The notes below the pieces were generated by a model that saw only the letters and a program-made list of their open reading frames with translations, did not search any database and had not been told where the DNA came from. From NCBI GenBank assembly GCA_039714455.1, contig JBDLJI010000001.1, positions 1 through 28,863 on the forward strand: a DNA stretch of 28,863 nt, in the 5' to 3' direction. The position numbers and the translations under genes were made by a program. Position 1 is the first letter of the stretch. Each line of letters starts with the position of its first letter. Source of the DNA: Thermodesulfobacteriota bacterium. Lineage in GTDB: Bacteria > Desulfobacterota > Desulfobulbia > Desulfobulbales > BM004. Shown piece after piece: positions 1 to 7,853 of the stretch.

Positions 1-60
1 AGCAATCTTGTGCTGTTTCAGGAAACCGCTTAAAAAAGCAGAATTTCCCCCCCCGATGGC

Positions 61-88
61 TTGAAAAAAGGATTTTTTCAGGTATCAG
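61..88 (+). promoter_or_regulatory. Candidate sigma70 promoter of aprBA (TTGAAA-N16-TATCAG) overlapped by an 8-bp inverted repeat
   Basis: TTGAAA at 61-66 and TATCAG at 83-88. TGAAAAAA (62-69) and TTTTTTCA (73-80) are perfect reverse complements. The -10 match is imperfect and the call is by eye. Confidence 0.35.
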
Positions 89-119
89 GTTTGGGATAAA
101 AGTATCATGTGTTTTGTTT

Positions 120-212
120 AGGTTGTTTCAGCATTGAGGGATAGTAAATTTTAGGGCTGAGACAACCTGATTTGGTATAGAGTAACAAACGGGCTTCGTT
201 AGAGGCGAAGCC
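120..212 (+). other. Structured 5' leader of aprB (two hairpins)
   Basis: AGGTTGTTTCAGC (120-132) pairs with GCTGAGACAACCT (156-168): 13 bp including one G-U. GGCTTCG (192-198) pairs with CGAAGCC (206-212): 7 bp. Confidence 0.55.
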
Positions 213-244
213 ATAAAGGTTAATCTTTTTGAGGAGGTAAGTTA

Positions 245-679
245 ATGCCAAGCTATGTAGATCCTGAAAAGTGTGATGGTTGTAAAGGCGGGGATAAGAC
301 GGCCTGCATGTACATCTGCCCCAATGATCTGATGGTCTTGAACAAAGAGTCAATGCTGGCCTACAATCAGGAACCGGATGCCTGCTGGGAATGCTATTCC
401 TGCGTAAAGATCTGCCCACAGGGCGCGATCTATGTCCGCGGTTACAATGACTTTGTGCCCATGGGCGGCCAGGTTCATCCCATGAGAAGTTCCGATTCCA
501 TTATGTGGACCGTTAAATTCCGTAACGGCAACATGAAGCGGTTTAAGTTCCCCATCCGTACCACGGCTGAGGGTGCTGCTAACGCCTATCTTGATGTAAA
601 ATGTGACAACCTGGACGATGAGTTGCTTTCCACTCAGACATCTCTACCGTCTCCTGACCCAGCGAAAATGGCTAAGTAA
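245..679 (+). CDS. aprB: Adenylylsulfate (APS) reductase beta subunit, 2x[4Fe-4S]
   Basis: MPSYVDPEKCDGCKGGDKTACMYICP and CWECYSCVKICP ferredoxin motifs, the AprB-typical MWTVKFRNG, SD GAGGAGGT at 231-238, directly upstream of aprA. Confidence 0.98.
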   Translation: MPSYVDPEKCDGCKGGDKTACMYICPNDLMVLNKESMLAYNQEPDACWECYSCVKICPQGAIYVRGYNDFVPMGGQVHPMRSSDSIMWTVKFRNGNMKRFKFPIRTTAEGAANAYLDVKCDNLDDELLSTQTSLPSPDPAKMAK

Positions 680-722
680 TTAATCAGTTAAGAAAACTTA
701 TTTTATATAAGGAGGAATAAAC

Positions 723-2738
723 ATGGCGTTACCTAATAAGCCGCTGGGCGAACTGCCCGCCGTAGTTGATCCTGAAATCTTTGAGCATGAGTGTGATGTA
801 CTCATCGTCGGTGGTGGTATGGCCGCTTGCGGTACAGCATTTGAGATTAAGAAATGGGCTCCGGCCGACATGAAAATCACCCTGGTTGACAAGGCTTCCC
901 TGGAGCGTTCCGGCGCTGTTGCCCAGGGCCTTTCAGCTATCAACACCTATATCGGTGAAAACCCGATTGAAAATTACGTAAAAATGGTTCGGAACGACCT
1001 GATGGGCGTTGTGCGTGAGGACCTGATCTACGATCTCGGCCGTCACGTTGATGATTCCGTTCATCTGTTTGAGGAATGGGGCCTGCCGGTTTGGAAAATT
1101 GCTGAAGATGGTTCAAACATCGACGGTGCCAAGCCTGCTCCGACCCTGCCTGAAGGCGGCAAGCCAGTTCGTACCGGTAAATGGCAGATCATGATCAACG
1201 GTGAGTCCTACAAGTGCATCGTTGCTGAGCCTGCCAAGACAGCTCTCGGCGAAGACAACATAATGGAGCGTATTTTCATCGTCAAGCTGCTGCTCGACAA
1301 AAATACACCGAACAAGATCGCCGGTGCTGTTGGCTTCTCCACCCGTGAGAACCAAGTACATGTCTTCAAATGTAAGACCATGATGGTTGCCTGCGGCGGT
1401 GCTGTTAATATCTTCCGTCCACGCTCCACTGGTGAGGGTAAAGGCCGCGCCTGGTACCCGGTATGGAATGCCGGTTCCACCTACACCATGTGTGCCCAGG
1501 TTGGTGCTACACTGACCATGATGGAAAACCGCTTCACGCCTGCCCGTTTTAAAGACGGCTACGGACCGGTTGGTGCATGGTTTCTGTTGTTCAAGGCCAA
1601 AGTGCAGAACGGCCTTGGTGAGTTCTATGCCAACAGTGATGCAGTAAAAGATGAGCTGGGCAAATTCATGCCCTACGGCGCTTCTGCTGTTACCCCGACC
1701 TGTCTGCGTAATCACCTGATGATCGAAGAGCTGAAAGCTGGTCGCGGTCCTATTTACATGGCAACCGACGTCGCCCTGAACGCCTTCCTCGATGATGCAC
1801 GTGCAGCCGGCAAGGATGAGAAAGAAGTCAAGAAATTCTGGAAACACCTCGAGTCCGAGGCCTGGGAAGACTTCCTCGATATGTCAGTTGGTCAGGCTGG
1901 TCTCTGGGCTGGTGCTAATATCGAGCCTGAGAAAGTGGGCTCCGAGATTATGCCGACAGAACCTTACATGCTGGGATCCCATTCAGGCTGCTGTGGTATC
2001 TGGGTTTCCGGTCCTGAAGAGGACTGGGTCCCAACCATCGATGGTCCAAGGTCTCATCAGTATAAATGGGGCTATAACCGCATGACCACAGTTGACGGTC
2101 TCTTCACCGCCGGTGACGGCGTTGGCGCTTCCGGCCACAAGTTCTCCTCCGGCTCTCATGCCGAGGGCAGAATGTGTGCCAAGCAGATGGTTAAGTACTG
2201 CCGTGACAATGCCGGTTTCACCCCTGAACTGAAGCAGACCGCTCAGGAACTGGCTGATGAAATCTACGCTCCGGTTAAGCTTTATCATGAGCATGTTGGC
2301 AAATCAACTGCTGCTGACGTTAACCCGAACTACTGCAAGCCTGCCGGTCTGATGATGCGTCTGATGAAGGCTACAGACGAGTACGGTGGTGGAGTTGCAA
2401 CTTACTATATGACCTCCGGTAAGCTGCTTAACATCTGCCTTGACCTGCTCGAGATGATGCGTGAAGATTCTGCCTTGATGGCTGCCGGCGATCTGCATGA
2501 GCTCATGAGGTGCTGGGAAAATTATCACCGCATCTGGTGTGTTGAGACCCATATCCGCCACATCGAGTTCAGGAAAGAGAGCCGTTATCCCGGTTTCTAC
2601 TACAGGTCAGACTTCCCGACTGTTGATGATGAGAACTGGAAGGCCTTTGTCAACTCCACCTTTGATCCTGAGACCCAGGAGTGGAAGTGTGAGAAGGTTC
2701 CCTGTGTAAACATCATTGAAACCGATCCGTGGATCTAA
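723..2738 (+). CDS. aprA: APS reductase alpha subunit (FAD flavoprotein)
   Basis: FAD motif VGGGMAACG, AprA signatures RSGAVAQGLSAINTY, WQIMINGESYK, WYPVWNAGS, GHKFSSGSHAEGR, ESRYPGFYYR. SD AAGGAGG just upstream. Confidence 0.99.
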   Translation: MALPNKPLGELPAVVDPEIFEHECDVLIVGGGMAACGTAFEIKKWAPADMKITLVDKASLERSGAVAQGLSAINTYIGENPIENYVKMVRNDLMGVVREDLIYDLGRHVDDSVHLFEEWGLPVWKIAEDGSNIDGAKPAPTLPEGGKPVRTGKWQIMINGESYKCIVAEPAKTALGEDNIMERIFIVKLLLDKNTPNKIAGAVGFSTRENQVHVFKCKTMMVACGGAVNIFRPRSTGEGKGRAWYPVWNAGSTYTMCAQVGATLTMMENRFTPARFKDGYGPVGAWFLLFKAKVQNGLGEFYANSDAVKDELGKFMPYGASAVTPTCLRNHLMIEELKAGRGPIYMATDVALNAFLDDARAAGKDEKEVKKFWKHLESEAWEDFLDMSVGQAGLWAGANIEPEKVGSEIMPTEPYMLGSHSGCCGIWVSGPEEDWVPTIDGPRSHQYKWGYNRMTTVDGLFTAGDGVGASGHKFSSGSHAEGRMCAKQMVKYCRDNAGFTPELKQTAQELADEIYAPVKLYHEHVGKSTAADVNPNYCKPAGLMMRLMKATDEYGGGVATYYMTSGKLLNICLDLLEMMREDSALMAAGDLHELMRCWENYHRIWCVETHIRHIEFRKESRYPGFYYRSDFPTVDDENWKAFVNSTFDPETQEWKCEKVPCVNIIETDPWI

Positions 2739-2785
2739 CATCTCTATAAAAGGATCAGGTAATAGATCCCTATGCAGAGACACAT

Positions 2786-2830
2786 AAAAAAAATCTCCAG
2801 GCGCCGTTATCGGTGCCTGGAGATTTTTCT
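2786..2830 (+). terminator. Intrinsic terminator after aprBA (potentially bidirectional)
   Basis: AAAAATCTCCAGGCGCCG (2789-2806), loop TTAT, CGGTGCCTGGAGATTTTT (2811-2828): 18 bp including one G-U, with a T-tract after and an A-tract before. Confidence 0.85.
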
Positions 2831-2976
2831 ATACTTGGTGGTTTTGGTTGGTTGCGTTGTTTGAAATGGCTTGATACAGCTTGACACCATTATAAATATT
2901 CTGTAGGAAGCACAAACCGTTTGAACCAAAATAATCAACCCTTGAATAATGAAAAAAATATGAATGGAGGAATGGC

Positions 2977-4227
2977 ATGACAGACGAACATACACCTGTG
3001 AGCGGTGGCATTCTCGTTGTTGGCGGCGGCATTAGTGGGCTGACGTCAGCGTTGGAAGCCGCGGAGGTTGGGAGCGATGTCTTTCTGGTTGAAAGAAATC
3101 CCTATATGGGCGGCCGAGTCGCACAGTTGAATCAATATTTTCCAAAACTTTGCCCCCCATCCTGCGGCCTGGAGATAAACTTCAAACGGATCAAGAACAA
3201 TCGTAAGATCCGCATGTACAACATGACCGAGGTAAAAAGCGTGTCCGGTTCTGCCGGCGACTACCAGGTGACCCTGGAAACAAAACCAAGGTATGTGAAC
3301 AACAACTGCACCGGTTGTAATGCCTGTGTGGATGTATGTCCTGAAGAGCGGGACAATGAGTTTAACTTCAACATGGATAAGACCAAGGCAATATACAAAC
3401 CCCATGACATGGCATTCCCCATGAAGTATGCCATTGACATGGATGCCTGCACCAAGTGCGGCAAATGCGTTGAGGCCTGTAAATATGAAGCCATTGAGCT
3501 TGCTATGGAAACCAAGAGCTTTACGCTTGATGTCTCCTCCATCGTCTGGGCAACCGGCTGGAATCCCTATGATGCCACCAAGATGGATAATCTGAAGTTC
3601 AATGAAAGCGATGCCATCATCACCAACATGATGATGGAGAGGCTGTCAGCTCCAAACGGTCCTACCGAGGGTAAGATTCTGCGTCCAGGAGACAACAAGG
3701 AACCCGAGAGTTTCGCTTTTGTCCAGTGTGCCGGTTCCCGTGATGAGAATCATCTTGAATACTGTTCGTACATCTGCTGTATGGCAAGCCTGAAACAGGT
3801 CACCTATATCAGAGAGCGTTATCCTGAGGCAAAGGTAACTGTTTTTTATATCGATATGCGAACTCCTGGGAAGTACGAAAAATTCCGTGAGAAAGTGATG
3901 GATGACGAGAATGTCCATTTTATTAAGGGTAAAGTTGCCGACATCATTCCTGAAGAGGACGGTGGCGTAACCGTGGTTGCTGAAAACGCTGTTACCGGTG
4001 AAAAAGTTCAGGAAAAAGTGGATATGGCGATACTGGCAACCGGTATGGCTCCTTCCATCCAGGCTGAAGGAGCATCCCTCGGTGTGCAGATGGACAACAG
4101 CGGATTTGTTCTGAGCGATGAAGGTATGATAGCCGCCGGATGTGCCAAGAAGGCTGCCGATGTGGTGACCAGTAACCAGAGTGCGACAGCAGCAGCTCTT
4201 AAAGCCATTCAGGCGTCAAGGAGGTAG
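2977..4227 (+). CDS. qmoA: QmoA, HdrA-like FAD/FeS subunit of the Qmo complex
   Basis: GGGISGLTSALEAAE FAD motif, LNQYFPKLCPPSCGLEI, QCAGSRD...YCSYICC cluster motif, two CxxCxxCxxxC motifs, SD GGAGG at 2966-2970, located right after aprA. Confidence 0.96.
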   Translation: MTDEHTPVSGGILVVGGGISGLTSALEAAEVGSDVFLVERNPYMGGRVAQLNQYFPKLCPPSCGLEINFKRIKNNRKIRMYNMTEVKSVSGSAGDYQVTLETKPRYVNNNCTGCNACVDVCPEERDNEFNFNMDKTKAIYKPHDMAFPMKYAIDMDACTKCGKCVEACKYEAIELAMETKSFTLDVSSIVWATGWNPYDATKMDNLKFNESDAIITNMMMERLSAPNGPTEGKILRPGDNKEPESFAFVQCAGSRDENHLEYCSYICCMASLKQVTYIRERYPEAKVTVFYIDMRTPGKYEKFREKVMDDENVHFIKGKVADIIPEEDGGVTVVAENAVTGEKVQEKVDMAILATGMAPSIQAEGASLGVQMDNSGFVLSDEGMIAAGCAKKAADVVTSNQSATAAALKAIQASRR

Positions 4228-4231
4228 GTCA

Positions 4232-6493
4232 ATGGATAATAAATACGGTGCATATGTATGCACAGGTTGCGGTATCGGAGATACCCTAGATACAGAGGCC
4301 CTTTGCGAGGTAGCCAGCAGTGAGATGAACATGGAGTGCAAGACGCACCAGGCTTTCTGCAGTGCTGACGGACGGGCCTTGATCGAAAGTGATATTAATG
4401 ACGGTGTGAACACCGTAGTTATAGCCGCCTGTTCACCCAGGGTGATGCAGGATGAATTCAACTTCGGTGATGACAAGATTACCATCCGCGCCAATATTCG
4501 TGAGCAGGTGGTCTGGAGCAAAGGCGAGGATGCCGACCCGGAGTATCTTCAGGAAGAGGCCTCCGACTATGTAAGAATGGCTTGTGCCCAGGCCCAGAAA
4601 TCAGAGTTGCCCGAACCTTTTACCCTGGAGACCGTTAATAAGAAAATATTGGTAATGGGTGGCGGGGTTGCCGGACTGACCGCAGCAAAAGAAGCAGCAG
4701 CCACCGGCTATGAGGTCACTCTGGTTGAAAAAAGTGATGTTCTTGGTGGTAAGGCGGTTAACTGGCGCCAGTCATTTCCTACCAAAGCTCCCTGGACAGA
4801 TATGGAAGCCCCGATTGTCAACGACCTGATTCAGGCTGTACAGGATGCTGACAATATTACGGTGAAAACCGGAACAGAGGTAGCCAGGATTTTTGGTGCT
4901 CCTGGAAATTATGCAGCCAGCTTTAAGGAAGGCGGCACAAAAAATGAATGGGATGCACCTGCCAAGGTTGGTGTGGATGAGCAGGATGCAATTGACAAGG
5001 GCACGATGGAAGATCCCAATGCCGGACTGAAGCATTACATGGACGAAAATCCGGATGCTGAAGGGTTTGGTGCTGTTGTTCTGGCAACAGGTTGGATGCC
5101 TGCCGATGTATCTGAGTACGAGCATCTTGGTGTTGCAAGCGAGAACGTGGTTACCAATGCCGAGTTTGAAGCGATGGCTGGTAAGGGCAAGATCGTGCGC
5201 CCTTCTGACGGCAAGCCTGTTGAAAGTGTTGCTTTTATACAGAGCCCCGGTGGTGCTGAGCATGACAAGGACTTTCCTTACTGCAACTCTGTTACCAGCT
5301 TGGTGGCGCTGAAGCAGGCCAAGTATGTCAGGGAAGATAATCCCAATGGTAAGGCGTACATTCTTTACCAGCACATGAGAACGCCAGGGAACATGGAGCT
5401 TTTTTATAAGGCAGCCCAGAATGATGACGGAATTTTCCTGACCAAGGCTAATGTCATGAAAGTTGAGGAAGGTTCAGATGGTTCTTTGACTGTTGAAGCA
5501 GAAGATACCCTGCTCAATGAAAATCTCAGCCTGAATGTCGACATGGTTGTGTTGGCTGCAGGAATGGTGCCGACCACCAAAGATGAGGATGTTATCAACC
5601 TGGCCTATCGTCAGGGACCGGCCCTGATTGATCTCGATCTTTTTGACGGATATGCAGACTCTCATTTTATCTGCTTTCCATATGAGACCAGGCGGACCGG
5701 TGTATATGCCTGCGGTGGTGTTCGCAAGGCTACAACCGTTGATGAAACTATTGATGATGCTACCGGTGCAGCCTTGAAAGCGATCCAGTGTCTCGAATCT
5801 GCAGATCGCGGTGTTTCAGTGCATCCCCGCTCCGGTGATAAGACCTATCCTGAATTTTTCATGCAGCGTTGTACCCAGTGTAAACGCTGTACTGAGGAAT
5901 GTCCGTTCGGCGCTATTGATGATGATGAGAAAGGCACACCGCTGCCGAATCCGACCAGGTGCCGTAGATGTGGTACCTGCATGGGTGCATGCCCTGAGCG
6001 GATCATCGGCTTCAGGGATTATAATGTTGATATGATCGGCTCCATGGTGAAAGCCATCGAGGTGCCGGATGATGATGAGGACAAGCTGCGTTTTGTGGCC
6101 CTTGTCTGTGAGAATGATGCTTACCCAGCCATTGATATGGCAGCTATGCGCCGCCTCGGCATCAGCAATCTGGTCAGGGTTATTCCTGTGCGCTGTCTCG
6201 GTTCAGTCAACGTGGTCTGGATCAAAGACGCCATGTCTGCAGGTATGGACGGTGTTATTCTCCTTGGCTGTCAGTATGGTGATGACTATCAGTGTCACTT
6301 TGTTAAAGGCAGTGAGCTTGCTGATCAGAGAATGGTGAATGTTGCTGAAACCATGGGAAGCTTAGGTCTTGAGGTTGAACGTGTGGCAGTGCAGCAGGTT
6401 GCCATAAACGAGTACCATAAGATTCCGGAAATCATTAATGGTTTTGTCGAAGAAATTGTAGAAATGGGTCCGAACCCGTTCAAGGGCTTCTAA
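4232..6493 (+). CDS. qmoB: QmoB, HdrA-like flavoprotein with 2x[4Fe-4S] and C-terminal MvhD-like [2Fe-2S] domain
   Basis: Start moved from 4181 to ATG 4232 because SD AGGAGGT (4219-4225) overlaps the qmoA stop. HdrA-type N-terminus (VCTGCG...FCS...AACSP), FAD motif GGGVAG, CTQCKRCTEECP / CRRCGTCMGACP, MvhD-like CEND...VRCLG...GCQYGDDYQCHF. Confidence 0.96.
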   Translation: MDNKYGAYVCTGCGIGDTLDTEALCEVASSEMNMECKTHQAFCSADGRALIESDINDGVNTVVIAACSPRVMQDEFNFGDDKITIRANIREQVVWSKGEDADPEYLQEEASDYVRMACAQAQKSELPEPFTLETVNKKILVMGGGVAGLTAAKEAAATGYEVTLVEKSDVLGGKAVNWRQSFPTKAPWTDMEAPIVNDLIQAVQDADNITVKTGTEVARIFGAPGNYAASFKEGGTKNEWDAPAKVGVDEQDAIDKGTMEDPNAGLKHYMDENPDAEGFGAVVLATGWMPADVSEYEHLGVASENVVTNAEFEAMAGKGKIVRPSDGKPVESVAFIQSPGGAEHDKDFPYCNSVTSLVALKQAKYVREDNPNGKAYILYQHMRTPGNMELFYKAAQNDDGIFLTKANVMKVEEGSDGSLTVEAEDTLLNENLSLNVDMVVLAAGMVPTTKDEDVINLAYRQGPALIDLDLFDGYADSHFICFPYETRRTGVYACGGVRKATTVDETIDDATGAALKAIQCLESADRGVSVHPRSGDKTYPEFFMQRCTQCKRCTEECPFGAIDDDEKGTPLPNPTRCRRCGTCMGACPERIIGFRDYNVDMIGSMVKAIEVPDDDEDKLRFVALVCENDAYPAIDMAAMRRLGISNLVRVIPVRCLGSVNVVWIKDAMSAGMDGVILLGCQYGDDYQCHFVKGSELADQRMVNVAETMGSLGLEVERVAVQQVAINEYHKIPEIINGFVEEIVEMGPNPFKGF

Positions 6494-6513
6494 GCATAAA
6501 TACCTATTTACAA

Positions 6514-6555
6514 GTCGTCTGGCAGTGTGGTATACGCTGCCAGACGACAGTTTTT
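6514..6555 (+). terminator. Intrinsic terminator-like hairpin between qmoB and qmoC
   Basis: GTCGTCTGGCAGTGT (6514-6528), loop GGTAT, ACGCTGCCAGACGAC (6534-6548): 15 bp including one G-U, followed by AGTTTTT. Confidence 0.75.
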
Positions 6556-6582
6556 ATAGAGTTAATTAATGACAAGCGGTTA

Positions 6583-6612
6583 TTGCGCATAGGATACAAG
6601 GGGAAATAATCT
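6583..6612 (+). promoter_or_regulatory. Weak candidate promoter for qmoC (TTGCGC-N18-TAATCT)
   Basis: TTGCGC at 6583-6588 and TAATCT at 6607-6612, downstream of the terminator and about 50 nt before the qmoC start. By eye only. Confidence 0.3.
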
Positions 6613-6662
6613 CCTTAGAAAATATAAATGTAGGTGATCTGGAGAAGACAGGAGGCTGAAGA

Positions 6663-7853
6663 ATGACAATGAAAGTAGATCCTGATTTAAATTTTATAAA
6701 ATACCTGAAAAGCGCCGGTGGTGACACCTTGAAGAAGTGCTACCAGTGTGCTACCTGTTCCGTGGTATGCCCCTTGTCCAAGGATGGCAGTCCATTCCCC
6801 AGGAAGGAGATGGTTTTGGCCCAATGGGGTTTGAAGGACAAGCTTATAGGTGATGTAAATACCATGCTATGCCATAACTGCGGTGACTGTAATACCTATT
6901 GCCCCCGCGGGGCTAAACCGGGAGAGGTACTCGGTGCTATTCGTGCCTATGCCTATACCCATTTCGGCTTTCCCCAGGGTTTGGCAAAACTGGCAAGCGA
7001 TGGCAAGAATTTGCCGATTCTTATAGGTATTCCTGCTGCTATTATCCTGGTCTTATGGCTTATCTCCGGCGGCATGCATATGCCTGATGGTCCGGTTGAT
7101 TTCGGTAATTTTTTTGGACACTGGGACTTCCATTGGCTGACGAAAACCACCTTTTTTATCGATCTTATTTTTCTTCCGGCTGCAGCATTCTCCCTCTTTG
7201 CAGCGTATAAAGGCGTTTCTGCCATGTGGAATGAAATGTCGGAGAGTATGGAAGTAAGTTCTGACTATCGTCCATCAAGCAAGCAGTTTGTGCTTGAGTT
7301 CCTCTGGCCGGCTGTTAAAGAAACTATCCAGCACAAGCGGTTCAATGAATGCGGCACCAACAAGGACAGGGTCAATGGTCATCTCCCTCTCGTTCTGGCC
7401 TTTCTCGGACTGCTCGCTGTGACGGGTTATTCTTTTGTCCGCAAGGACTTTCTTGGTCTCATGAATCCCAACCTGCACGGACCAATCCCGCTGTATGATC
7501 CATTCAAGCTCTTGGCCAATATCAGTGCCATTGCCTTGCTTGTCGGTATCGCCATTCTCTGGGCAAACCGTAAGAAAATGGAAAAAGAAGACAAGGCTGC
7601 CCCGACATTTTATGATTGGTTCCTGATTTGGGTGATCGCTGCAGTCGGTATTACGGGTCTTGGTGCGGAATTGTTACGGTGGGCAGACTTTGGGGTCCTG
7701 GCATACTTGACCTACTATCTGCACCTGGTTGCCGTCTTCATGCTCTTTTTCTATATGCCGTATACGAAATTTGCCCATATGGTCTATAGAACTTTTGCCA
7801 TGGCTTTTGAGAAATACCGAGACAGCAGTTTCGTTCAGAAGGAAGCTTCATAA
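6663..7853 (+). CDS. qmoC: QmoC, membrane subunit (N-terminal 2x[4Fe-4S], heme b transmembrane domain)
   Basis: CYQCATCSVVCP and CHNCGDCNTYCP, several hydrophobic helices, C-terminal YYLHL...PYTKFAHMVYR, SD AGGAGG at 6650-6655. Confidence 0.95.
   Translation: MTMKVDPDLNFIKYLKSAGGDTLKKCYQCATCSVVCPLSKDGSPFPRKEMVLAQWGLKDKLIGDVNTMLCHNCGDCNTYCPRGAKPGEVLGAIRAYAYTHFGFPQGLAKLASDGKNLPILIGIPAAIILVLWLISGGMHMPDGPVDFGNFFGHWDFHWLTKTTFFIDLIFLPAAAFSLFAAYKGVSAMWNEMSESMEVSSDYRPSSKQFVLEFLWPAVKETIQHKRFNECGTNKDRVNGHLPLVLAFLGLLAVTGYSFVRKDFLGLMNPNLHGPIPLYDPFKLLANISAIALLVGIAILWANRKKMEKEDKAAPTFYDWFLIWVIAAVGITGLGAELLRWADFGVLAYLTYYLHLVAVFMLFFYMPYTKFAHMVYRTFAMAFEKYRDSSFVQKEAS

Noticed and set aside
4181-4231. N-terminal extensions in the ORF track for qmoB (4181), rplA (11704), rpsL (22555) and rplC (27468)
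   Set aside because: Downstream ATGs fit SD spacing and/or family N-termini better, so the extensions are longest-ORF artefacts. rplC is the least certain.
6570-6590. TTGC at 6583 and 25785 as sigma54 -12 elements
   Set aside because: Neither has the GG of the -24 box at the required distance.
2977-7853. Selenocysteine or stop-codon recoding in the Hdr/Mvh-like Qmo subunits
   Set aside because: All frames are open with ordinary Cys codons at the cluster ligands and no in-frame TGA.
245-7853. Assigning metabolic direction (sulfate reduction, disproportionation or sulfide oxidation) from apr-qmo
   Set aside because: The same reductive-type genes serve all three modes in Desulfobulbales, so the window cannot decide it.
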